A stretch of DNA of 64,000 bases from Flavobacteriales bacterium (GCA_016713865.1 JADJOG010000047.1:26729-90728); one strand, 5' to 3'. Numbered from the stretch's first letter, positions 19,946 through 30,727 are shown. Made by a program: numbers and translations. The notes: generated by a model from the sequence alone, not told the origin.

Positions 19946-22024
19946 TCACTCAAGCATCAGGCGCGCTGTCGTACTCGATGCATTGTGGTGGAAACGAACC
20001 AGGTACGCGCCGCGCTCCAAGTGGTTCAATGCAATCGGCAGCAGCACGTCACCCGCTGGCAAGGTGCCCAAGTCGCGGTTCATCACGATGCGGCCGGTGG
20101 CATCAAGCAAATCGATGCGGGCATTGCCGGGAGCGCTCAAGAAAGCCACGATGCGGGTTTCACTCTGGGCGGGGTTCGGCAATAAGCGCAGCCCGCTCAC
20201 CGCTGTGGCTTCGTTCTCGCCAACGCTAACCGGCATGGAGCTGATGTTGATGTCGTCGAGATAAAGGTTGTTGCCGCCATTGCTCTCGAACACGAACTTG
20301 AAGCGGAAGTTGCTGATGTGACTGGTCGCGCTGATGTTGCTGACTTCCGTGTAGCCCCATTGCGATGCATCGCCCGGGACGAAAGAGCCAGTGGTTAGCG
20401 GCCCTGTAGGAAGGGTGGTTGTGCCGCGCATGATCTTGCGCAGGCTCCAGTTGGTGCCGCAATCGTTGCTGATGTATAGGCTCAGCACATCGTCGCTGGA
20501 GGCCGTGCGTCGTGCATAAGCCCAACGGAAGGAGATGGTGATGTCGTCGGCAGCGGTCATGTCGTAGGTGCTCGAGAGTAGCTCGACGCTGATTCCATTC
20601 ATCGCAGTGGAGTTGAGCACGCGTGCGCTCCGGCTGCCGCTGAAGGCCGCTGTGCTCGCGATGCTGAATCCATTCGCTCCCGCTGGCGTGGTGGTGTACC
20701 ATTCAGGGCCGTTCAGCGCCGCAACGGTCTCGAAGCCCTCGACCACAGGAGGTAGTGTTCCCGGGTCGGCCATCACGGTGATCAGCGCGTTCTGTGTGGT
20801 ACTGAGCGTGCTAGCGCCATCGCTCACGGTAAGGCTGGCGCTGTAGATGCCAGGCTGGCTGTAGGTGATCAATGGATTCTCCTCGGTGCTGGTATCGGGC
20901 GTGCCGCCGGGGAAGCTCCAGGTGCGCGATGTCACGCTGTGGAAGCTCAAGTCCGTGAAGGAGATGGGCGACCCCGCGCACACGAGCTTCTTATCTACTG
21001 CGAATTGCGCTTGGCAGAGCGTGGGTTGCTCATTTGCCCCAGTGGCCGTGAGGTTGGCCGGGGTCCACAATTGATTGCGCTGTGATGTGGAGCTGTTCAG
21101 CGCGGCGATCATCCGTGTCTTCTGCCCCTCGGTGAACATCTTGCTGCAGTAGGAGTACTCCATGTAATTCTCCACGTTGTCCAGCGATCCGCAGCTTGTT
21201 CCAGCCAAGGTGCATACGCGCCAGCCTACCGTGTTGGGCGTGTCGCTCACGCTATCGTCGCCATTGCAATTCTCCGGAAGCTCCGGTTCGTTGCTATTGC
21301 CCCATGTGTGCGCCAGGTTGATCCAGTGCCCGACCTCGTGCGTGAGCGTGCGAGAGCGAGAGGGAGACGAAGTGCCGATTGCACCCGTGTAGGTGTGCAG
21401 CACGACGATGCCATCCCATGTTGGCTGGTTGTTCACCGAGCTAGGGCGGTAGGTGTAGCCGGCAGCACCATCGGCACTGGCGGCCACCCACACATTGAGG
21501 TATTTGTTGCGTGGCCACTGGATCAGGTTCTTCATGGTCTGCGTGCCGTCGTTCGTGAGCGTGCTCACCGTACGCGTGATGCCGTTGGTGCAGTTGCCCT
21601 GCGGGTCGCGTTGGGCCAGTTTGAATTCAATGCCCACATCGGCTACCAATGGCAGGAACTCGGATGGCACATTCGGCCAGTCGATATTCAGCTTATTGAA
21701 ATCGTTGTTGAGCACGCGTACCGCATCCTCGACCTGCGCGTTGCTGATGTTCTCCGGTCCATTGTTATGGATGATGTGGAAGACGACAGGGATGGTGTAC
21801 ACCACGCGCTCGGCTCCGGAGTTGTCCATTGCCCATTGGGCAGTGAAGGCCTCCAAGCGCGCGTCCTCCTCCATCACGGCTTGCAGGTAGGCTTCGGGTT
21901 CGCCGCTGAGCTGGGCGGCTTTCGCCAAGTCGTTCGCACCGCATGGATGCACATCGCTTTGGGCGATGAGCGTGAGAGGGAGGAGTGCACCAAGAAAGAG
22001 CGCGGAAAGGACGAGGAATCGCAT
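19946..22024 (-). CDS. M43 zinc metallopeptidase with T9SS C-terminal sorting domain, paralog 2
   Basis: HEVGHWINLAHTWGN. Signal peptide MRFLVLSALFLGALLPLTLIAQ. C-terminal ...YLVRFHHNASSTTARLMLE. High identity to paralog 1 (MEYSYCSKMFTxGQKTRMIAAL). Confidence 0.8.
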   Translation of the reverse strand: MRFLVLSALFLGALLPLTLIAQSDVHPCGANDLAKAAQLSGEPEAYLQAVMEEDARLEAFTAQWAMDNSGAERVVYTIPVVFHIIHNNGPENISNAQVEDAVRVLNNDFNKLNIDWPNVPSEFLPLVADVGIEFKLAQRDPQGNCTNGITRTVSTLTNDGTQTMKNLIQWPRNKYLNVWVAASADGAAGYTYRPSSVNNQPTWDGIVVLHTYTGAIGTSSPSRSRTLTHEVGHWINLAHTWGNSNEPELPENCNGDDSVSDTPNTVGWRVCTLAGTSCGSLDNVENYMEYSYCSKMFTEGQKTRMIAALNSSTSQRNQLWTPANLTATGANEQPTLCQAQFAVDKKLVCAGSPISFTDLSFHSVTSRTWSFPGGTPDTSTEENPLITYSQPGIYSASLTVSDGASTLSTTQNALITVMADPGTLPPVVEGFETVAALNGPEWYTTTPAGANGFSIASTAAFSGSRSARVLNSTAMNGISVELLSSTYDMTAADDITISFRWAYARRTASSDDVLSLYISNDCGTNWSLRKIMRGTTTLPTGPLTTGSFVPGDASQWGYTEVSNISATSHISNFRFKFVFESNGGNNLYLDDINISSMPVSVGENEATAVSGLRLLPNPAQSETRIVAFLSAPGNARIDLLDATGRIVMNRDLGTLPAGDVLLPIALNHLERGAYLVRFHHNASSTTARLMLE

Positions 22025-22209
22025 GGTGTGCTGAGGGGCTGGTTCAGCGCCAAAACTATTCGACTGCCCGAAAGACACGGGTCATGCTCAGGTAACAAGC
22101 CACGCAGGTCTTTGGCTCCTACGTGCGCTGGGAGAAGGAGTGGCACAAGCCCCCCGCCGACAAGCTGTTCACATGGCCCGATGGAGCATGGCTCGGCCCC
22201 GATGAGCGC

Positions 22210-24257
22210 CTAGTGCACCACGAACCGTGCGCTAGCCTCTTGGGTTGCCATCCGCAGGCGCAGAACGTAGGCTCCATTGGCCAAGCCTGCCAGGGGCAGG
22301 CGCCAGCCAGAAGAGGTGAGATCCGCTGCGCGCACCAGCCCCATCGAGATTTCTCGACCAGCGGGATCGATGATCGCCCACTGCGCGCCCGCCCACTCCT
22401 GTGGCAGATCGACCCACGCCTCTGTTCCTGCAGGATTGGGGAATATGTTAATGGCATTGGGCTCCCGCGCCGCTTCATCGATGCCTACCGCCAGCGGTGA
22501 AATGTTGATGTCGTCGAGGTAGAGGTTGTTGCCGCCCATGCTCTCGAACACGAAACGAACCCGGAAGCGCGAGGTGAGCAACGATGCGCCGATGTTGGTG
22601 ATCACGGCTTCTTGCCATTGCTCAGGGCCACTGGGCACGAAGCTTCCGCCTTGCATCGGTCCGGTTACCAGGGTGGTGATCGCGCGGAGCACTTTTCGCA
22701 GCACCCAGGTCTGGCCGCAATCGCCGCTCACATAGACATACAGGGCATCATCATTCGATGGGCTACGGCGGGCGTATGCGTATCGAAAGGAGAGCGCGAC
22801 GGGTCCCGAGCCATTCAGGTTCAAGGTGGAGCTGATCAACTCATCAAAACGGCCTGATGCCTCCGTGGTGTTTATCAGGCGCACCGACCGTGAACCGGTA
22901 AAGGCCGCGGCGCTAGTTGTTTCGAAGCTGTTATCGCCATCTGGATTCTCGGCGCGCCACCAGTCATCAAGATTCTCCGCGCCCTCGAATCCCTCGCTCC
23001 ATGGCAAGGGTGCTCCCGGGTTGGAAAGCACGCGGATGTGGTCGGTTCGTATTTCCGTTATCAACGCGCTTCCGTCTCCAACGCTCAGGCTCACGGGGTA
23101 GCTGCCGGTGCTGTTGTAGGTAATGGTCGGGCTCGTGTTGAATGAGGCTGAAGGTGTGCCGCCCTCGAACGACCAGAAGCGCTGGGTTACTCCGAAGAAG
23201 CTCTCGTCGGTGAACTGCACGGTTGATCCCTCGCACACCTCGCGCCTGTCGCTGCGGAATTGCGCGCGGCAGAGCTGCTCTGGCTCGAGCACGCCGGTGA
23301 GCACGAGATTGGCCGGCTGCCACAAGTTGTTGCGCTGCGCGATGGGCGATGTGAGCGCGGCGACCATGCGGTCGCCCTGACCTTGCGTGAACATCTTGCA
23401 GCAGTACGAATACTCCATATAGTTCTGGACATTGTCCAGCGCGCTGCCGCAACTGGCGCCGCTAAGCGCGCAAGAGGTCCAGCCGCGGGTGAGCGGGGTG
23501 TCGGCTACTTCATCATCCATGAAGCAGTTGTCGTCCGTCCCTGGCTCATTGCTATCGCCCCAGCAATGCTTGAGGTTGAGCCAATGTCCCACTTCATGTG
23601 TGAGCACACGGCTACGGTAGGAGCGCCTGTACCGATGCTGCCCGTGTAGGTGTGCAGGATCACGATACCATCCGCTTGTGGCCAGCCATCGAGCCACCCG
23701 GGTAATAGGTGTAGCCCGCGGCGCCATTGGCACTGGCGGCAACCCATACGTTCATGTACCGGTCTCGCGGCCATTGGATCAGCTGCGTCATCTCCGAAAT
23801 CACCATCGTTGGTCCGTGAGCTCTTCGTGCGGGTGATCCCGTTGGTGCAATTGCCTTGCGGGTCGCGTTTGGCCAAGCGGAATTCCATGCCTGCATCGCC
23901 CACGATGTCGATGAACTCGGGCCTTACGGTGGCCCAGTCGGGGTTCTGCCGGTTGAAGTCGTCGTTCAGGATCCGGATGGCGTCGTATAGCTGCGCGTCG
24001 CTGATGTTCTCCGGCCCATCGTTGTGGACGATGTGGAAGACCACCGGGATGATGTAGCCGCTACCACCACGCTCGAAGCCGTCGAGGCGAGCTTTCAATG
24101 CGGTGCGCGCAGCTTCGGCGCGCGCTAGGGCATCCGGGTTCTCGGCTAGCTGCCGTGCCAGTTGCTCAGGATTATTGGCAAGGCAGCGGAAGCCTTCGTC
24201 TTGCGCGCTGGCATGAACGAAGGGCAGAAGCAGCAGAAGAAGCGTGATCAGGCGCAT
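22210..24257 (-). pseudogene. M43 zinc metallopeptidase with T9SS C-terminal sorting domain, paralog 3, disrupted by at least three frameshifts between about 23600 and 23830
   Basis: The N-terminal part (MRLITLLLLLLPFVHASAQ...IPVVFHIVHNDG) is in ORF 23505..24257. The middle segment QWPRDRYMNVWVAASANGAAGYTYYPG is in ORF 23660..23896. The catalytic HEVGHWLNLKHCWGD site and the C-terminal sorting domain are in ORF 22210..23742. Confidence 0.75.
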
Positions 24258-24305
24258 GGCGGAATGGAACGTTCGCCAAGGTAGCCGGTTCGCGCTTGGC
24301 GCTAT

Positions 24306-25445
24306 TCAGCGCAAGGCCTGATGCAGATCGGCGATCAAGTCATCGGCATCCTCCAGACCCACGCTCAAACGGATCAGCGTATCGGCCAGGCCGTTGCGCA
24401 GCCTCTCTTCACGCGGAATGCTAGCGTGCGTCATGCTTGCTGGATGCCCCGATAGCGACTCAACTCCGCCGAGGCTCTCGGCCAAGGAGAAGAGCTTGGT
24501 GCTGCTGAGCAGGCGGGTGGCATCGGCCATGTTGTCGCCTTTCAGGGTGAAGCTGATCATGCCGCCGAAGCCACGCATCTGCTTCGCCGCTACCGCATGG
24601 TTCGCATGCGTCGCGAAGCCGGGCCAATACACCTTGTCCACCTTCGGGTGCGTCGCGAGCCATTCGGCCACGGCCTTGCCGTTCTCGCAGTGTCGCTGCA
24701 TGCGCAGGTGAAGCGTCTTCAGGCCGCGCAGAACCAAGAAGCAATCCTGCGGACCCGGCGTTGCGCCGCAACTATTCTGGATGAAGGCGAGGCGGTCGGC
24801 AAGTTGCGCATCCTTCACCACCAGCGCGCCCATCACTACATCGCTATGGCCGCCGAGGTATTTGGTCACGCTGTGCATCACGATGTCGGCGCCCAGGTCG
24901 ATGGGTGTCTGCAGGTAGGGGCTGGCGAAGGTGTTATCAATGCCGAGCAGGCAGCCGTGCTTCTTGGCGATCGCTGCAAGGCCGGCGATGTCGATGATGC
25001 GCAGTAGCGGGTTCGTCGGTGTCTCGGCCCAGATCAGCTTGGTGGCCGGGCTCATGGCGGCTTCCACGTTTCGGAGGTCGCCCATGTCGATGAACTTGAA
25101 CTTCACGCCGAAGCCTTCGAAGATCTTCGTGAAGAGGCGATAGGTGCCTCCATAGAGGTCGTTGGTGCTCACCACCTCATCGCCGGGCTTCAGCAATTTC
25201 ACGATGGCATCGATGCTGGCCATGCCGCTGCTGAAGCATAGGCCGTGGGTTCCATTCTCGAGCGCGGCCAGCGCGTTCTGCAGCGCGGTGCGCGTCGGGT
25301 TGTGCGTGCGGCTGTATTCATAGCCTTTGTGATCGCCCGGTGCTGCCTGCACATAGGTGCTGGTCTGGAAGATCGGGGTCATGATCGCGCCCGTTGACGG
25401 ATCGGGTTCAACACCCGCGTGTATGGCCTTGGTGGCGAATTTCAT
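24306..25445 (-). CDS. PLP-dependent transsulfuration enzyme (cystathionine gamma-synthase/beta-lyase family)
   Basis: MKFATKAIHAG start. SVTKYLGGHSD (PLP-lysine motif). Length 379 aa. Confidence 0.85.
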   Translation of the reverse strand: MKFATKAIHAGVEPDPSTGAIMTPIFQTSTYVQAAPGDHKGYEYSRTHNPTRTALQNALAALENGTHGLCFSSGMASIDAIVKLLKPGDEVVSTNDLYGGTYRLFTKIFEGFGVKFKFIDMGDLRNVEAAMSPATKLIWAETPTNPLLRIIDIAGLAAIAKKHGCLLGIDNTFASPYLQTPIDLGADIVMHSVTKYLGGHSDVVMGALVVKDAQLADRLAFIQNSCGATPGPQDCFLVLRGLKTLHLRMQRHCENGKAVAEWLATHPKVDKVYWPGFATHANHAVAAKQMRGFGGMISFTLKGDNMADATRLLSSTKLFSLAESLGGVESLSGHPASMTHASIPREERLRNGLADTLIRLSVGLEDADDLIADLHQALR

Positions 25446-25485
25446 CGGTTGAGGAAAAGGTCGGCGAATGTAGGATCGCGGCACG

Positions 25486-26691
25486 CTATGCCTTGGATGC
25501 CGTGCGCCTGAACCATCTTGGCAGGATCACCGCGCCTATGAACAGATAGATGTAGTAGCTGAGCAGCCGCCACAGGATAACGATGGCGCCGATGAAGCCA
25601 GCTGCAGGCAGCAGGTCACGGAAGAAGCCAGCGAAGGCGATCTCGGCAATTCCGCTGCTGCCGGGCGTTGGGCTGATGAGCAAGATCACCCACATGATGA
25701 GCTGGCGCGCATAGAGCAGCAGATGATCATTCACATTGAAGAAAGCTGCGGCGATGAGGTTGATCACCAGGAAACGACTGGCCCACGAGAAGCAGGTGGC
25801 GCCGAAAGCCCTCGCCCAGAAACGCTTGGGTTTGCCCTTCAATTCGATGCCCGTGGTCTCGATGTCCTCTCCAACCTTCACCACTTGCGGGCGCCAACGA
25901 CGCAGAAAGGGCAGCTTGAAGATCCGCAGCAGCAACCATTTGAACGCGCGCGGACGGAAGAAGACGCTGTAGAAGATGATGGCCACCAGCAAGAGGATGA
26001 AGCAGTAGCCGATCCAAAAGATGGTTTGAACGGGCAGGCCCCAGAAGGCATTGTCGAGTTCCTCGGGGAAGAGGTGCTGCATGCCCACGCCGAAGAAGAC
26101 GAGCGGCACCATCACCACATAGAAGAGCTCGTCCATGAGCGCGGTGACGAGCACGATGGCCGTGGCGCGGCCCAGCGCGATGCCCTCGCGGCCGATGATG
26201 AACATGGCCACACCGGAACCGCCAACGACAGATGGTGTTAGCGCCGAAGCGAATTCCCACAGGAATGTGACGTTGAAGCTCTGGCGCCAACTGAGGTGGC
26301 CATCGCTGAGCACGCGGATGCGGTAGATGTAGCCGAGGTCGCGGAAGGCGGTGGCCACCACGGCGAGCACGATCCACCAGGTGCTGTGCCAGGTCCAGTT
26401 GATGCTGCGCAGGGTTTCGCGCGCGGTCATGCGGCGGTAGTCACCAAGTCCTTCACCTACCGGCTTGAACTCCGTCGCATCGCCCACATCCACAATGCCG
26501 TTGCCGTTCGCATCGATCCACGTGTGGTCGCCAGTGCCCTGGCCCACGAGCTCGTAGCGCTCCTTGGCCAGATCGCGCCACAAGAGCCAGCCAGCCGCCA
26601 CCATGCCAATGAGGATGGGGATGAGCACGCGCCGCAGCCGGAAGGTGCTCCGGAACTGCTGCTCGCTGGAATTCGGTGCTGTGCTGTCCAT
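25486..26691 (-). CDS. flippase-like / lysylphosphatidylglycerol-synthase transmembrane-domain family membrane protein
   Basis: Multi-pass hydrophobic profile of the LPG_synthase_TM (UPF0104) type. Start chosen at MDSTAPN; the ORF itself begins at a GTG at 26760. Confidence 0.55.
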   Translation of the reverse strand: MDSTAPNSSEQQFRSTFRLRRVLIPILIGMVAAGWLLWRDLAKERYELVGQGTGDHTWIDANGNGIVDVGDATEFKPVGEGLGDYRRMTARETLRSINWTWHSTWWIVLAVVATAFRDLGYIYRIRVLSDGHLSWRQSFNVTFLWEFASALTPSVVGGSGVAMFIIGREGIALGRATAIVLVTALMDELFYVVMVPLVFFGVGMQHLFPEELDNAFWGLPVQTIFWIGYCFILLLVAIIFYSVFFRPRAFKWLLLRIFKLPFLRRWRPQVVKVGEDIETTGIELKGKPKRFWARAFGATCFSWASRFLVINLIAAAFFNVNDHLLLYARQLIMWVILLISPTPGSSGIAEIAFAGFFRDLLPAAGFIGAIVILWRLLSYYIYLFIGAVILPRWFRRTASKA

Positions 26692-26744
26692 CTCCTCGTA
26701 TCCGATGCGGGCTAAAGGTATCCGTGCGCACTTTCGCCGCTTCA

Positions 26745-27716
26745 ATGGATCGCCGCGCACGCGCCCACATCGCGCTCTTCGTTGTGAATGCCATCTACGG
26801 CATCAACTACGTGGTGGCCAAAGGACTCATGCCGCAGGTGATCGGCGCCAGCGGCTTCATCCTATTGCGCGTGCTCGGGGCCGTGGCGCTCTTCTGGCTG
26901 TTGCGCGCTTGGCGCCCGGAGCGTGTGGCGTGGTCCGATGCCGGACGACTCTTCCTCTGCGCCCTCTTCGGCGTGGCGCTCAATCAGCTCATGTTCTTCC
27001 ACGGACTCATGCGCACGGCGCCCATCAATGCGAGCATCATCATGGTGGCCACGCCCATCCTGGTGCTCGTGCTCTCGGGCGTGCTCATCGGCGAGCGCAT
27101 CACGCGGGTGAAACTCCTCGGCGTCTTGCTCGGCGCTGCTGGAGCGCTCTCACTCATCCTGCTCAAACCGAAGGGCGGCGCAACGGGCGCTACCATGCTC
27201 GGCGATGCCTTCATCCTGATCAACGCCATCAGCTACGGCCTCTACCTCGTGCTCGTGAAGCCGCTCATGCGCAAGTACACGGCGGTCACGGTGATGTCAT
27301 GGTGCTTCTTGATCGGCTTGGTGCTGGTGGCGCCCTTCGGCCTCGGCGAACTCGTGGCGGTGGAATGGCAAGCGCTCTCCACCACGGTGATCGCGGCCAT
27401 GGCCTTCGTGGTGGTCATGGTCACCTTCGTGGCCTACCTGCTGAACACGTGGGCGCTTGGCGTGGTGAGCCCGAGCGTGGTGGGCATCTACGTTTATATG
27501 CAACCCGTGCTCGCGGCGGGAATCACTTGGCTCTTCATGCGCATCGGCGCGGAACGGATCGGTTTGCCCGGCGAATACGATGCAACAATCGGCTGGCAGC
27601 AAGGCCTATGCGCGGCGTTGATCTTCACGGGCGTGCATCTGGTGAGCCGCGCTGATCGGGTGCGGCAGGCGCGGGTACATTTACCGGCTCAATCGCCCAC
27701 ATGCTTCTATCCATGA
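26745..27716 (+). CDS. EamA/DMT-family transporter
   Basis: Ten predicted transmembrane helices in two EamA halves. The C-terminal tail extends past the last helix and overlaps the yicC start, so a frameshift or alternative end is possible. Confidence 0.7.
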   Translation: MDRRARAHIALFVVNAIYGINYVVAKGLMPQVIGASGFILLRVLGAVALFWLLRAWRPERVAWSDAGRLFLCALFGVALNQLMFFHGLMRTAPINASIIMVATPILVLVLSGVLIGERITRVKLLGVLLGAAGALSLILLKPKGGATGATMLGDAFILINAISYGLYLVLVKPLMRKYTAVTVMSWCFLIGLVLVAPFGLGELVAVEWQALSTTVIAAMAFVVVMVTFVAYLLNTWALGVVSPSVVGIYVYMQPVLAAGITWLFMRIGAERIGLPGEYDATIGWQQGLCAALIFTGVHLVSRADRVRQARVHLPAQSPTCFYP

Positions 27717-28571
27717 CCGGCTTCGGCCGCGCCGAGGGCGTGGTGAAGGACCGCAAGGTCACCGTCGAGATCCGCGCGCTCAACAGCAAACAGCCTCGAT
27801 TCGCTGCTGAAGCTGCCCAGCATCTATCGCGACCGTGAACAGGAGTTGCGGCAAGCGTTGGGCGAAGAGCTGGTACGCGGCAAGGTGGACGTGTTCGTGA
27901 GCGCTGAATCGCTGCACGCCACCAAGCACACCAGCTTCGATCGCGAGTTGATCAAGGCCTACTACGCCGAACTGAAGGCCATCCGCGATGAGGCCGCGCC
28001 GGAGGTCAGCACCGATCTCTTCGCGCAAGTGCTGCGCCTGCCCGATGTGAGCACCACCACCAGCGACCGCGCCGACGATGCCGAATGGGCCGGTGCGCGC
28101 GCCTTGGTGACCGATGCCCTTCGCGCTTTCAAGGCTTTTCGCGCGAACGAAGGAGCCAAGCTCGAAGCCGAGTTGCAGCAACGTTCGCAAGGCATCGCAT
28201 CGCTGCTCGAAGAAGTGGCCAAGCTCGATGCTGGTCGTCAGGATCGCACACGCGAGCGGCTGCGCGCCAAACTCGCCGACCTGAAAGCCGAGGTGGATGA
28301 ATCGCGCTTCGAGCAGGAGCTGATCTACTACCTCGAGAAACTCGACATCACCGAGGAGAAGGTGCGGCTCAGCGCGCATTGCGGGCATTTCGCGGACACG
28401 ATCGCGCTCAAAGAGCCGCAAGGGCGCAAGCTCGGTTTCATCGCGCAGGAGATGGGCCGCGAGATCAACACCATCGGCTCCAAGAGCAACGATGCCGGCA
28501 TGCAGCATCTGGTGGTGCGCATGAAGGACGAATTGGAGAAGGTGAAGGAGCAGCTGCTCAACGTGCTGTGA
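27691..28571 (+). pseudogene. yicC: YicC-family stress-induced protein, frameshifted near 27790
   Basis: The N-terminus MLLSMTGFGRAEGVVKDRKVTVEIRALNSKQ is a 45-codon fragment in a different frame from the main ORF 27846..28571 (...LRQALGEELVRGKVDV...). Confidence 0.75.
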
Positions 28572-29137
28572 TGAAGGGCAAGGCCATCATCGTATCGGCT
28601 CCTTCGGGCGCTGGCAAGACCACCATCGTGCGGCACCTGATGGATCGCGGGCTGGATCTCGCCTTCAGCGTGAGCGCCACCACACGGCCCATGCGCGCCA
28701 GCGAGCGCGACGGCCACGACTACTGGTTCCTCTCCGAAGAGGAGTTCAAGCGCCGCATCGCTGCCAACGACTTCGTGGAATGGGAAGAGGTCTATCCCGG
28801 TCGCTTCTATGGCACCTTGCGCGAAGAGGTCTCGCGCATTCAGCAAGCAGGCAGGCACCCGATCTTCGATGTGGATGTGGAAGGCGGCCTCAACCTGAAG
28901 AGGGTGTTCGGGGAATCTGCTCTGGCGCTCTTCATCGCACCGCCATCGCTTAAAGCACTCGAGCAACGATTGAACGCGCGCGGCACTGAAACGCCAGAGA
29001 GTTTGGCGAAGCGCGTAGGCAAAGCCGAGCAGGAGCTTGCTTATGCGCCACGCTTCGACCGCACCGTGGTGAACGATGACCTGATCGGAGCCTGCGCAGA
29101 GGCCGAAGCGCTGGTGCGCGAATTCCTCGCGCGATGA
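28571..29137 (+). CDS. gmk: guanylate kinase
   Basis: MKGKAIIVSAPSGAGKTT P-loop. Length 188 aa. tgATGa overlap with the yicC stop. Confidence 0.9.
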   Translation: MKGKAIIVSAPSGAGKTTIVRHLMDRGLDLAFSVSATTRPMRASERDGHDYWFLSEEEFKRRIAANDFVEWEEVYPGRFYGTLREEVSRIQQAGRHPIFDVDVEGGLNLKRVFGESALALFIAPPSLKALEQRLNARGTETPESLAKRVGKAEQELAYAPRFDRTVVNDDLIGACAEAEALVREFLAR

Positions 29138-29724
29138 AAGTTGGCTTGCTCTTCGGCACCTTCGATCCGCCGCACGGGGCACACATCGCTGTTGCGGAAT
29201 ACATGCGCGAGAAGCAGGGCTTCGATGCCGTTTGGCTCGTGGTCACGCCCTTGAATCCGTTCAAGCAGCACCAGCCCATCAGCCCCGATGCGCATCGCCT
29301 CGCCATGGTGAAGCTGGCCACGCAAGCCCATGCCGGATTGGAGGCCTGCGATTTCGAGCTGGCCCTTCCGCAGCCCAGCTATACGGTCGATGCCCTCTGC
29401 GCCATGCGCGCGCACTGGCCCGGCAACACCTTCAGCCTCATCATCGGCAGCGACAACCTGCAATCGTTCCACCGCTGGAAAGAGCCGGACGAAATCCTCG
29501 CGCACCACGATGTGCTCGTGTACCCGCGACCCGGCGCCGACATGCACGAGGCGCTGAGCCCCTACACAAGCCACGCGCGCGTGCATCTTGTAACCGATGC
29601 GCCGGTGATGGACAACTCTTCCACCAAGTTGCGCGAGTTGGTCGGCAGCGGTGCGCTCATCGGCAACCTCGTGGACCCAGCTGTAGCGGCTTACATCCGC
29701 GAGCACGGTCTTTACCGAAGCTGA
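29134..29724 (+). CDS. nadD: nicotinate-nucleotide adenylyltransferase
   Basis: GLLFGTFDPPHGAH (HxGH nucleotidyltransferase motif). Length 196 aa. ATGA overlap with gmk. Confidence 0.85.
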   Translation: MKVGLLFGTFDPPHGAHIAVAEYMREKQGFDAVWLVVTPLNPFKQHQPISPDAHRLAMVKLATQAHAGLEACDFELALPQPSYTVDALCAMRAHWPGNTFSLIIGSDNLQSFHRWKEPDEILAHHDVLVYPRPGADMHEALSPYTSHARVHLVTDAPVMDNSSTKLRELVGSGALIGNLVDPAVAAYIREHGLYRS

Positions 29725-30359
29725 GGCATCGGCTCGGTCTGCCGCGCAGCATTCACTAAGTGATCGCGCAGCACACGCGCGGCACGCTCGAAGCCCAGCT
29801 CGTTCACCACGTGCAAATCGCACAGGTGCCGATAGGGCAGCAGGAACTCGCGATACGCAGGCAGCACATGGTGCTCCCATTGGTAGCGCACATCCTCCTC
29901 CCCGTAGCCGCGCTCGCGGGCATCGCGCTTTAGGCGGCGCTCCAGCTGGCTGGCCTCGCTGGCATCGATGAACACACGCAGGTCGAAGAGGTCGCGCACG
30001 GGCTGGTGGTGCAGCACGAAGAGACCCTCGACCAGGATGATGGGCGCGGGCTTCAGCTCGATCATCGTTGGCTCCTTGCCTTCGGTGTTGAAGGTGTATT
30101 CTTTCCGCAGGATCGGAACACCGGAAACCAGTGCCTGTAAATCTCTCGCGAGGCCATCGAGGTCAATGGCACTTGGCAGGTCGAAGTTGATGCGGCCATT
30201 GGGGTCGATGGCCTGCTGTTCCTTCGGGTGGTAATAATCGTCCTGCGAAACGGTGCAGCTCATGCCGGGCGGCAGGGCCTCGCGCAGTGCGCGCACCAAG
30301 CTGGTCTTGCCCGACCCGCTGCCTCCTGCTATACCTACCAAGTAGGCGGCCCGTTGCAT
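29712..30359 (-). CDS. udk: uridine kinase
   Basis: VGIAGGSGSGKTS P-loop and the uridine kinase fold. Length 215 aa. Confidence 0.85.
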   Translation of the reverse strand: MQRAAYLVGIAGGSGSGKTSLVRALREALPPGMSCTVSQDDYYHPKEQQAIDPNGRINFDLPSAIDLDGLARDLQALVSGVPILRKEYTFNTEGKEPTMIELKPAPIILVEGLFVLHHQPVRDLFDLRVFIDASEASQLERRLKRDARERGYGEEDVRYQWEHHVLPAYREFLLPYRHLCDLHVVNELGFERAARVLRDHLVNAARQTEPMPQLR

Positions 30360-30467
30360 CTGATGGTCCCGTTCTCAGGGACGCCGAAAGTAGGAGTCGC
30401 GATTCGGCCCGCACACTTTGGCACGACGGTTGGCAGTTATCCATCAGGAACCAACACCTCCGAGAAC

Positions 30468-30593
30468 ATGAACCGCTACATGAAGTTGAAGAACGCCGCG
30501 AAAGCCCTTCTGCTCGCTGGCGATGTTGACCGCTACCTGCAAGCTCTCCGCCTGATGCATGGGCTGAAGGCCCGGCACCTCGGGATGGCTTGA
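30468..30593 (+). CDS. possible small basic protein (41 aa), speculative
   Basis: ATG-initiated in-frame segment MNRYMKLKNAAKALLLAGDVDRYLQALRLMHGLKARHLGMA inside a 368-nt gene-free region. A GC-rich hairpin (about 30640-30680) follows. Confidence 0.2.
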   Translation: MNRYMKLKNAAKALLLAGDVDRYLQALRLMHGLKARHLGMA

Positions 30594-30727
30594 TCGAACG
30601 ATACGCGCTTGGGGCCGCGCCGCCATGGTCCCCGGTTTTGGTGAAGGAGCGGCGGTGCCCGGGAGGTGCCGCCGCCTCCGTTTCTGGGGTCTCCGATCCT
30701 TTTTCCGGAATCGCCGTAGAAGGCCCC

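Noticed and set aside
25446-25485. SAM riboswitch or leader upstream of the metB/metC-family gene, and a cobalamin riboswitch upstream of the TonB-dependent receptor (51302..51409).
   Set aside because: The intergenic spaces (40 nt and 108 nt) are too short for these riboswitch classes and lack their conserved motifs.
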